64,000 nucleotides of DNA from the NCBI GenBank assembly GCA_963725905.1, contig CAVSAG010000003.1, positions 193,546 through 257,545 on the forward strand. Reading direction: 5' to 3'. Position numbers and translations under genes: made by a program. Shown in pieces: positions 17,540-24,926 of the stretch. The notes under the pieces were generated by a model, which saw only the letters and a program-made list of their open reading frames with translations, ran no database searches and was not told where the DNA came from. Source of the DNA: an uncultured Pseudomonadota bacterium (GTDB taxonomy: Bacteria > Myxococcota_A > Polyangia > Fen-1088). How positions within the stretch are numbered: position 1 is the first letter of the stretch; the number at the start of each line of letters is the position of its first letter.

Positions 17540-19273
17540 TTGGTGGGCTCGGGGATGGCGCAGCACGGTCGATACAAGATCATCAGACGCGTCGCCGACG
17601 GCGGGATGGCGGAGATCTTTCTCGCCACCCAGCTCGGGCGCGAGGGGTTCGCCAAGCCGGTGATCCTCAAGCGGATCCACACGACGATCTACGCCGACCC
17701 GCAGTTCCGCAACATGTTCATCGACGAGGCTCACATCTCGATGAGCCTCATGCACAGCAACATCGCGCAGGTGCTCGACCTCGGCGTCAGCGCCGGGCGC
17801 TACTTCCTGGTGCTCGAGCTGGTCGACGGCTGGGACCTCGGCCGCGTGCTGCACCGGGCGGCGACCGCCGGCGTGCGTCTCCCGCGCGAGCTCGCCCTCT
17901 ACGTCACGGCCGAGATCTGTCGCGCCCTCGCCTACGCCCACGGCAAGACCGATGGACAGACGCCGCTCGGCATCGTCCACCGCGACGTCAGCCCGCACAA
18001 CATCCTGCTCTCCGAGCAGGGCGAGGTGAAGCTGACCGACTTCGGCATCGCCAAGGCGATGAACAAGCGCGAGCACACCGGCGCCGGCGTCGTGAAGGGC
18101 AAGGTCGCCTTCATGTCGCCCGAGCAGGCGATGGGCAAACCGATCGACGCGCGCTCGGATCTCTTCGCGCTCGGCACCATCCTCTACCTGCTGGTCACGC
18201 GCACGCGCCCGTTCGAGGGGCCGAGCGATCTCGAGACGTTGCTGCGCGTGCAGAAGGGGGACTTTCGCCCGCCCGAGGAGGCGGCGCCCGATCTGCAGCC
18301 CGAGGTGGCGGCCGTCGTCGCCCGCGCCATGCGCAAGGAGCCGGACGAGCGTTACCAGAGCGCCGACGAGATGCTGGCCGACGTCGAGCGGGTGGCGCGG
18401 ACGGCGTTCCGCCCGGTCGGCCAGACCGAGCTCAAGCGCTGGCTGACCGAGCTGGCGGCGCGCGACAGCGCTCCGCCGATCAGCCAGTCGACGGCGCCCG
18501 CGCGCGCCACGGCGACGCGCAGCACGACCGGCACCGGTGAGCTGGAAGAAGAGGACGTCGTCCTCCTCGACACCGACGAGGAGATCATCAACGGCGAGGA
18601 GGCCACCTCGCTGGCGGTGGTCAAGGGCGGCGCCGTCGCGCGGACGCGCATGACCCGCTCGCGGCCCACCCGGCCCGATCTGCCGGTCCCCGAGGACGCC
18701 GAGTCGATGGCCGACCTCTCGGAGCGCTCCGCGATCGCGCTGCCGATCCCCGATGAGGAAGGGGGGAGGCCGGGGCGTCGCCGCGCGCGCCGGGGCGGCG
18801 GCCTGTCGTTCCTGCTCCTGTTCGGGGCGTTGCTGGTGCCGGGCGCGTATTTCGGCGGCAAGTACGTGCGGGTCTGGTTCGGCGGCGGCGACAGCGCGAC
18901 CAGCGCAACCGGTGGCGCCACCGACCACGCGGCCGGGCCGGCCGCCGCCGGAGCGCAGGCAGGCGAGAAGCAGGCGGCGGCGCCCGATGCCGGGGTGGCG
19001 GCGCGCAAGCCCGAGGCCGAGGAGCCGCCCACCCGGCACGCGACCGAGCCGACCGCCGGTCACGAGGCGACCCACGAAGCGTCTCACGAAGCGACTCACG
19101 AACCGGCGGCGCGCCGCCGCGGCGGCGAGCGCATCAAGGACATCGTCGGTCACGACATCGAAGGGTTGAAGATGGCCCCCGATCCCTCCTTGTTGCCATC
19201 GTCGCCGGCGCCGCCACCTGCGCCGAAGCCCGCCGATTCGCCCGCCTCCGCGCCGGCGCCCGAAAACCCGTAG
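17540..19273 (+). CDS. Ser/Thr protein kinase with a TM segment and Pro/Ala-rich tail
   Basis: GGMAEIFLA ... VILKRI ... HRDVSPHNILL ... DFGIAKA ... FMSPEQ. TM segment LSFLLLFGALLVPGAYF. Confidence 0.92.
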   Translation: MVGSGMAQHGRYKIIRRVADGGMAEIFLATQLGREGFAKPVILKRIHTTIYADPQFRNMFIDEAHISMSLMHSNIAQVLDLGVSAGRYFLVLELVDGWDLGRVLHRAATAGVRLPRELALYVTAEICRALAYAHGKTDGQTPLGIVHRDVSPHNILLSEQGEVKLTDFGIAKAMNKREHTGAGVVKGKVAFMSPEQAMGKPIDARSDLFALGTILYLLVTRTRPFEGPSDLETLLRVQKGDFRPPEEAAPDLQPEVAAVVARAMRKEPDERYQSADEMLADVERVARTAFRPVGQTELKRWLTELAARDSAPPISQSTAPARATATRSTTGTGELEEEDVVLLDTDEEIINGEEATSLAVVKGGAVARTRMTRSRPTRPDLPVPEDAESMADLSERSAIALPIPDEEGGRPGRRRARRGGGLSFLLLFGALLVPGAYFGGKYVRVWFGGGDSATSATGGATDHAAGPAAAGAQAGEKQAAAPDAGVAARKPEAEEPPTRHATEPTAGHEATHEASHEATHEPAARRRGGERIKDIVGHDIEGLKMAPDPSLLPSSPAPPPAPKPADSPASAPAPENP

Positions 19274-19382
19274 GGCGACCGCTGACGCACCCGGACGCCG
19301 GGTTTTGTGACGTCTTTCTCTCTTTCGGCCCAGCCGTGTCGGTTTGAGCAGACACGCCGGACTGACGAAAAGGGAGACCAAG

Positions 19383-20447
19383 ATGAAACGACCGACTTTG
19401 GGGTTCGCCAGGATGAGGACGCCGGGAATGCTGGGCGCGGCGCTGCTCGCGCTCGTCGGCTGCGGGAAGCTCGATGGCAGCGAGTTCGAGGGGAGCACGC
19501 CGACCAAGGACACGGTCGCGCTGGTCGTCCCGGCCGCCAGCTCGACGACGGCGACGACCGGCGCGGTGTCCGCCGCCAGCGTCACGGTCAAGCAGAGCGC
19601 GCTGCTCGGCGACACGGCCAAGGACTACGTCCTGACGGCGACGCTCGCCTACGTGGTGAACACCGCGACGGTGGCGGTGCTGGGCCTCGTCAAGGCCGTC
19701 ACCGACTACCCGCCGACCAGCGTCGAGACCGACACCGCCGTCTGGGGTCCCTTCACCGATCCGCTGAGCGCGAACACCTATCGATTGACCGTGGTGAAGC
19801 AGGCGCCGCACGTCTTCGCCTGGAAGCTCGACGGCAAGGGGAAGACCGCCGATGACAGCGCCTTCGTGACTATCCTCTCGGGCGTTCACACGCGCGCCCT
19901 CGACGACATGGGGCACGTCATGCCGGGGTTCGGCAGCGGCAACTTCGTCATCGACTGGGACGCGGCCGACACGCTCCCCCAGCACGACACGAACGTCGGC
20001 CAGATGGCGTTCACCTACTCCCGGACGAGTCCGACGGCGATGTCGACCAACAACGTGACCTTCACCAACATCTTCGACAACTGCGACCCGTCGAACTGCA
20101 ACACGCACGGGCAGATCTTCGACGCGGTCTACGCTTACACGGCCACGCCGGGCTCCGGCGGTGATCTGCAGTACGGCGCGACCGAGAACTTCGTGGCCAC
20201 CACCACGGCGAACGAGACCATCTCGATCCACAGCCGCTGGATGGAGACGGGCGCCGGCCGCACCGACGTCACGGTCACGGGGGGCGACGTCGGCACCGCG
20301 GTCGACACCTCCAACGAGTGCTGGGATTCGAATTTCCTCTCCGTCTACAGCGCGGCGTCGTACGATCCGAACGATCCAGCCGTCGACTGGGGCGCGGAGT
20401 CGAGCTGTGCGTTCCCGACCGCGGCGCTGATTTCGCTGTCGCCGTAA
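19383..20447 (+). CDS. Lipoprotein A of unknown family (paralog of 23439..24383)
   Basis: AAGGGAG RBS. Lipobox in MKRPTLGFARMRTPGMLGAALLALVGC. Shares the WGPF and ECWD blocks with lipoprotein B. Confidence 0.78.
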   Translation: MKRPTLGFARMRTPGMLGAALLALVGCGKLDGSEFEGSTPTKDTVALVVPAASSTTATTGAVSAASVTVKQSALLGDTAKDYVLTATLAYVVNTATVAVLGLVKAVTDYPPTSVETDTAVWGPFTDPLSANTYRLTVVKQAPHVFAWKLDGKGKTADDSAFVTILSGVHTRALDDMGHVMPGFGSGNFVIDWDAADTLPQHDTNVGQMAFTYSRTSPTAMSTNNVTFTNIFDNCDPSNCNTHGQIFDAVYAYTATPGSGGDLQYGATENFVATTTANETISIHSRWMETGAGRTDVTVTGGDVGTAVDTSNECWDSNFLSVYSAASYDPNDPAVDWGAESSCAFPTAALISLSP

Positions 20448-20463
20448 CGAATGAAGTCGAGGG

Positions 20464-20489
20464 CCCGGGGTCGCACGTGCGGCCCCGGG
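20464..20489 (+). promoter_or_regulatory. 13-bp-arm hairpin/palindrome abutting the ECF sigma start codon
   Basis: CCCGGGGTCGCAC/GTGCGGCCCCGGG with one U-G wobble. It lies 16 nt after the lipoprotein A stop and ends 4 nt before ATG 20494. Confidence 0.4.
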
Positions 20490-20493
20490 GACC

Positions 20494-21048
20494 TTGGGCA
20501 GCATGAAACAACCGGTGTTGGAGCTAGTGACTGGCGGAAAGCCGGCCGATTCTCGGGCGGCGCTGCGAGAGCTCTACACCGAGTACGGAGGAACCGTGTA
20601 CGGCCGTTGCCAGTACATCCTGAGGGACGCGACGAAGGCGGAGGACGCGATGCAGGACGTGTTCGCCAAGGCGCTCACCCACTGGAACGATTTTCGGGCC
20701 GAGGCGTCGCCGCTGACCTGGCTGACCCGCATCGCGACCCACCACTGCCTCAACGTGCTGCGGGCCGAGCGCGCCCCCTGGCACCAGCGGTTCGCCCGGG
20801 AAACGCGGGCGCGCGGCGAGGGGCACGGCGGCCCGCAGCTGTTCGAGGATCGCGACGCCGCCCGCAAGCTGCTCGGCGAGCTGGACCTGGAGACACAGCA
20901 GGCGGCGATTCACTACTTCGTCGACGAGATGACGCTGGACGAGGTCGCTGTTGCGCTCGGGCGCTCGGTCCCGACCGTGCGCAAGCGGCTGGCCGCGGTG
21001 GCGGCACTGGCCGGGCGGGAGCTCCCGCCGGACGGAGGGACGACATGA
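20494..21048 (+). CDS. ECF-type RNA polymerase sigma factor
   Basis: Region 2 (AEDAMQDVFAKALTHWNDF ... WLTRIATHHCLNVLR) and region 4 HTH (MTLDEVAVALGRSVPTVRKRL). Confidence 0.92.
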   Translation: MGSMKQPVLELVTGGKPADSRAALRELYTEYGGTVYGRCQYILRDATKAEDAMQDVFAKALTHWNDFRAEASPLTWLTRIATHHCLNVLRAERAPWHQRFARETRARGEGHGGPQLFEDRDAARKLLGELDLETQQAAIHYFVDEMTLDEVAVALGRSVPTVRKRLAAVAALAGRELPPDGGTT

Positions 21049-21857
21049 ACACAGCAGGACACCTCGGCGAGCTGGAGCTGCGCCGCCACCGCGCCGGCGA
21101 GGCGCTGGGGGAGGCGGGGGCGGCGATCGAGGCGCATGCGGGCGCGTGCGCGGAGTGCAAGGCGCGGTTGCGCGCGCTCGACGACGAGCAGCGCCGGTTC
21201 GAGGGCGCGATCTCCTTCGATCGCTTCGCGGCCGGCGTCGAACGGGCCTCGCGCGGCGCGCGCGTGGCGCCGCGGCGGCTCCCGGCGCGCGTCTGGGCGC
21301 TGCCGACGCTGGCGATGGCGGCGGCCGTCGCGGTGCTGGTGACGTTCCACGGCCGCGCGCCCAATGTGGGTCTCGGCGCCGGTGTGCCCGGCGGTCACGT
21401 CCGCCCGGCCGACTGGGACGGCATCAAGGGGGGCGCGGGCATGACGGTGCGGATCGCGGGCGCGGCGGGACAGCGGACGGCGCAGACCGACGCCACCGAG
21501 GCCCTGGCCGCGGGCGAGCGGTTGCGGCTCGGCTACCAGACCGGCGGCCACCGCTATCTTCTTTCGCTGTCGATCGACCAGCGCGGCGAGGTGACGCCGC
21601 TCTACCCGGAGCAGGGGGCGAGCCTCACGGTGCCGGCCGGCGTTCCGAACGCCACGCACTTTCTCCCCGACAGCATCGAGCTGACCGGCGCCGGGATCGA
21701 GCGGATCGTCGTCGTCCTCTCGGACCAGCCGATCGCCATGGAGGTGGCGCGTCGGGCGGCACGCGCGGCGTACGACCGCGCGGGCGGCGATCTCTCCCGC
21801 TTGCCGAAGCTAGAACTGCCGGGCGAGCAATTTATGCGGACCTTCGCCAAGCCGTAA
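21045..21857 (+). CDS. Anti-sigma factor (HxxxCxxC zinc motif, one TM, extracytoplasmic C-terminal domain)
   Basis: ATGA overlap with the sigma stop. HAGACAEC motif. TM segment LPTLAMAAAVAVLVTF. A ~170-aa exported domain (LRLGYQTGGHRYLLSLSIDQRGEVTPLYP ...). Confidence 0.78.
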   Translation: MNTAGHLGELELRRHRAGEALGEAGAAIEAHAGACAECKARLRALDDEQRRFEGAISFDRFAAGVERASRGARVAPRRLPARVWALPTLAMAAAVAVLVTFHGRAPNVGLGAGVPGGHVRPADWDGIKGGAGMTVRIAGAAGQRTAQTDATEALAAGERLRLGYQTGGHRYLLSLSIDQRGEVTPLYPEQGASLTVPAGVPNATHFLPDSIELTGAGIERIVVVLSDQPIAMEVARRAARAAYDRAGGDLSRLPKLELPGEQFMRTFAKP

Positions 21858-21859
21858 TC

Positions 21860-23449
21860 ATGCGCCCGTCGGCGAAAACGGTAGGCCGGCTCGCGGCGCT
21901 CGCCGCGGCACTGGCGGCGACCGGCGCGCGCGCCGACGTGCTGCACCGCTTCGCCGTCATCGCCGGCAACGATTCGGGCGGCGCCGACACGCGTCCGCTG
22001 CTCTACGCCAGCGCCGACGCCAGCAAGGTCTACGACATCCTCACCCGGCTGGGCGGCGTGCGGAGCGAGGACGCCAACCTGATCGTCGACGGTGGCGCCA
22101 GCGACGTGCTGGCGGCGCTGGCCAAGGTCGGCAAGCAGGCCGCCGAGGCGGCCCGCCAAGGCGAGCACACCGCGATCTTCTTCTATTACTCCGGGCACGC
22201 CAAGGACGGCGCGCTCAGGCTCGGCGAATCGCGGCTGCCGATCGACATGCTCAAGGGGCTGGTCGCTGCGGCGCCCGTCGACGTCCGGATCGTCATCCTC
22301 GACTCCTGCCGCTCGGGCGCCATCACGCGCACAAAGGGGGCGCGCAAGGCGCCCGCGTTCGCCATCGAATCGGAGAGCCCGCGCGACGCCAAGGGGATGG
22401 TCATCCTCACCTCCAGCGCGTCGGACGAGGACTCGCAGGAATCGGACGCCATCGGCGGCAGCTACTTCTCGCACCACCTGGCGAGCGGCCTGCTCGGCGG
22501 GGCCGACAGGTCGGGCGACGGCCAGGTGACGCTGTTCGAGGCCTACGCCTACGCCTACGATCGGACGGTCGCCGACACGGCCGACAGCGCGGCCGGAGCG
22601 CAGCACCCGACCTTCAGCTACGACCTGGCCGGCAACGGCGATCTGGTTCTGACCGACGTCGCTTCGCGCCACGAAGGGGTCTACCTTCCACGCCAGGCGC
22701 CTGGCGGGGTCTATTTCCTCGTGGACCGGCAAGGCTTCGTGGCCGCGGAGATCAACAAGGGGGACGGCGTCGATCGTCGGGTGGCGCTGGCGCCCGGGCG
22801 CTACCGGGTCAAGCGCCGGTTGGCCGATCGCCTACGCGTCGGCGAGATCGACGTTCAGCGCGGCGCGCTCGTGACGCTGGAGGAGAACAACCTGCACGAT
22901 GCGCCCTTCTCGGCCGACCCGATCAAGGGCGGGCGCGTCGACATCTCCTCACGCTGGTCGGTCGGCGCCGGCATCGGCTTCCAGTCGGTGTTCGAGGCGC
23001 CCGGCGGCGCGGGTCTGTTCCCCCCCACCGGCATGGTCGACGTCGACTTCGCGCTGCGCGACTTTCTGCGCCGCGACTGGGTGCTGGGCTTCGACCTGGC
23101 GGGCGGCGGCGCCAGCGGCGTCGCGCCGGTTGTCGAGGCGCCGTTTCACTTCACCGAGGTGTCGTTCGCCTCGTCGCTGACGGTCGAGTGGCCGCACCGG
23201 TACCTGACGCCGTTCGTCGGCGGGCGGCTGGCGCTGCTGCTCATGAACCGGACGTTCCAGGACGCGGCGTTCCCCGCCCAGTTCTACGCGACGCTGTCGC
23301 CCGGCATCGTCGGCGGCCTCAGCTATCATTTGTCGCGCGCTACCAGCGTGGTCGCGCGCGGGCGCTTGCACTATCTTCTGTACAACGTCGACGGAAACCA
23401 ATCGCTCGGTTACTGGGAGCTCGCAACCATGGTGGCGTATGATTTCTAG
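21860..23449 (+). CDS. Secreted caspase-like peptidase (family C14) with a C-terminal outer-membrane beta-barrel-like domain
   Basis: Signal peptide ending ATGARA. His context FFYYSGHAKDG and Cys context VILDSCRSGA. The last ~165 aa have an alternating hydrophobic pattern and end VAYDF. Confidence 0.85.
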   Translation: MRPSAKTVGRLAALAAALAATGARADVLHRFAVIAGNDSGGADTRPLLYASADASKVYDILTRLGGVRSEDANLIVDGGASDVLAALAKVGKQAAEAARQGEHTAIFFYYSGHAKDGALRLGESRLPIDMLKGLVAAAPVDVRIVILDSCRSGAITRTKGARKAPAFAIESESPRDAKGMVILTSSASDEDSQESDAIGGSYFSHHLASGLLGGADRSGDGQVTLFEAYAYAYDRTVADTADSAAGAQHPTFSYDLAGNGDLVLTDVASRHEGVYLPRQAPGGVYFLVDRQGFVAAEINKGDGVDRRVALAPGRYRVKRRLADRLRVGEIDVQRGALVTLEENNLHDAPFSADPIKGGRVDISSRWSVGAGIGFQSVFEAPGGAGLFPPTGMVDVDFALRDFLRRDWVLGFDLAGGGASGVAPVVEAPFHFTEVSFASSLTVEWPHRYLTPFVGGRLALLLMNRTFQDAAFPAQFYATLSPGIVGGLSYHLSRATSVVARGRLHYLLYNVDGNQSLGYWELATMVAYDF

Positions 23450-24383
23450 GCGTCTCCGCTTCGTAGGCTTGGCCGTCGCGGCGTCGGCGCTGGCGGCCTG
23501 CGGCAACTACTCGAACGAGGATCTGCTCTTCATGAGCGCGGTCCCCACGTCGACGCAGCTGGCGTTGGTGCTGCCCACCCCCGCGCCCACGGTCGCGCAG
23601 GCCGAGCTGGCCCAGGACACCCACGGCGGCATCGCGACCGTCAACATGCTGCTCGACGACGTGCTGGGGCTCATCGACCTCATCCGCTCGTACGAGCCGA
23701 CCAGTCGCACCTCCGACAGCCGCACCTGGGGGCCGTTCCCCGAGTCGGACAAACCCGGCTGGCAGTGGCGGCTGGTGATCGACCGGGAGGTGAACGGCAC
23801 GACGTTCGACTACCAGCTGGACGTCGCGCCCCAGGTGACACCCGCCCCCTGGGTCGAGTTCCTGACCGGGACCTTCGACGCCGCCGGGGGCGCCAAGCAG
23901 GGGAGCGGCGCGGTGACCGCGAATTTTCTCCAGGTGGCGACCGCCGGATATCCCCTCGACTCCGACTCGGCGCAGTACAAGACGCTCTCGATCACCTACC
24001 AGAACTACGACACGCCGGGCTCTCCGGTCAGCGCGGTGCTCGACCTGAAGCGGGCCGTCCCCGACTCGAACGGAATCACCGAAACGACGTTCAGCTACGA
24101 GATCCTGACCGACGGGTCGGGCGAGATTACCTTCCAGGCCGCCGGCAACGTCGTGGGGGGGACGACGACCGAGACGGTCACCATCCACGCACAGTGGCTG
24201 CCGAACGGCGCCGGCATGGGGACCCTGACCATCACGGCCGGGGCCGACATCGGCGCGACCCAAACCGAGTGCTGGGACGTGAGCTTCGAGGCGACCTACA
24301 ACGACAAGCCCTGGTCGAGCGCCGAGGACGTGAACCCGGGCCAGATGGCCGCCTTCTGCCCGCAACTCCCGGCATTACCCTGA
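23439..24383 (+). CDS. Lipoprotein B of unknown family (paralog of 19383..20447)
   Basis: Lipobox ASALAAC and an 11-nt overlap with the caspase gene. The blocks SRTWGPF and ETVTIHAQWLPNGAG ... TECWDVSF align with lipoprotein A. Confidence 0.78.
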   Translation: MISRRLRFVGLAVAASALAACGNYSNEDLLFMSAVPTSTQLALVLPTPAPTVAQAELAQDTHGGIATVNMLLDDVLGLIDLIRSYEPTSRTSDSRTWGPFPESDKPGWQWRLVIDREVNGTTFDYQLDVAPQVTPAPWVEFLTGTFDAAGGAKQGSGAVTANFLQVATAGYPLDSDSAQYKTLSITYQNYDTPGSPVSAVLDLKRAVPDSNGITETTFSYEILTDGSGEITFQAAGNVVGGTTTETVTIHAQWLPNGAGMGTLTITAGADIGATQTECWDVSFEATYNDKPWSSAEDVNPGQMAAFCPQLPALP

Positions 24384-24468
24384 TAAATCAGCTGCTTACG
24401 GGGGGCTGGATCGAAGGTGCGACGTTGTCGTACCATAGGGCCCAACTCACCGCGGAAGAAGGACGATC

Positions 24469-24798
24469 TTGGCAGAGCACTTTCGGCGAATCGATCCGCG
24501 TTACGAACGCCAGCTGGAGGTCGAGGTCCAGTACGAGGGGAAGAAGGCGACCTCCCAGACCCGTAACATTTCCCTCGGCGGGCTGTACTTGGATTCATTG
24601 ACGGCGCTGCCGATCGGCACGACCGTGCAGCTGAGGTTTGTCCTGCCGACGCAGCCGGAGCCGGTCGAGGTCGCCGGTGACGTCCGCTGGGTCGTGAAGA
24701 AGGGCTCGGGCGACGCCTCGGGCGTCGGGATCCGCTTCCAGGGTCTGCGCGCCAAGGACGTCTGGGCCCTGAACCGGTTTTTCCAGTCGGTCTCCTAG
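24469..24798 (+). CDS. PilZ domain protein (c-di-GMP receptor type)
   Basis: RRIDPR (RxxxR) and NISLGG (D/NxSxxG) motifs. TTG start with a GAAGGA RBS. Confidence 0.85.
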   Translation: MAEHFRRIDPRYERQLEVEVQYEGKKATSQTRNISLGGLYLDSLTALPIGTTVQLRFVLPTQPEPVEVAGDVRWVVKKGSGDASGVGIRFQGLRAKDVWALNRFFQSVS

Positions 24799-24800
24799 AT

Positions 24801-24821
24801 GGGGACCCTGGGAGGGTCCCC
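24801..24821. terminator. GC hairpin between convergent pilZ-domain and helicase genes (no U-tract)
   Basis: GGGGACCC-TGGGA-GGGTCCCC, starting 3 nt after the PilZ stop. Confidence 0.35.
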
Positions 24822-24926
24822 AAACCCCCCCGCGATGGGCTCCGCGCGGCAAAGCCGCGCTACGCCCACGCGATCAGTCGCGCAGCGTTTCGGCGGCTAG
24901 CACAGCGACTCGGCGCCTAGTCTAGT

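Noticed and set aside
19383-24383. The possibility that the lipoprotein paralogs are bacterial gasdermins partnered with the caspase-like protease.
   Set aside because: Both paralogs have classical Sec/lipobox signals and lengths and compositions unlike gasdermins as I know them. The protease is itself exported, so a cytoplasmic pore-forming immunity module does not fit.
24801-24821. The hairpin GGGGACCC-N5-GGGTCCCC, considered as a fourth member of the P2 hairpin family.
   Set aside because: The stem sequence differs (GACC versus AACC). There is no TCGCGGGAG box. The hairpin lies downstream of a stop between convergent genes rather than upstream of a start, so it is more simply a terminator-like hairpin.
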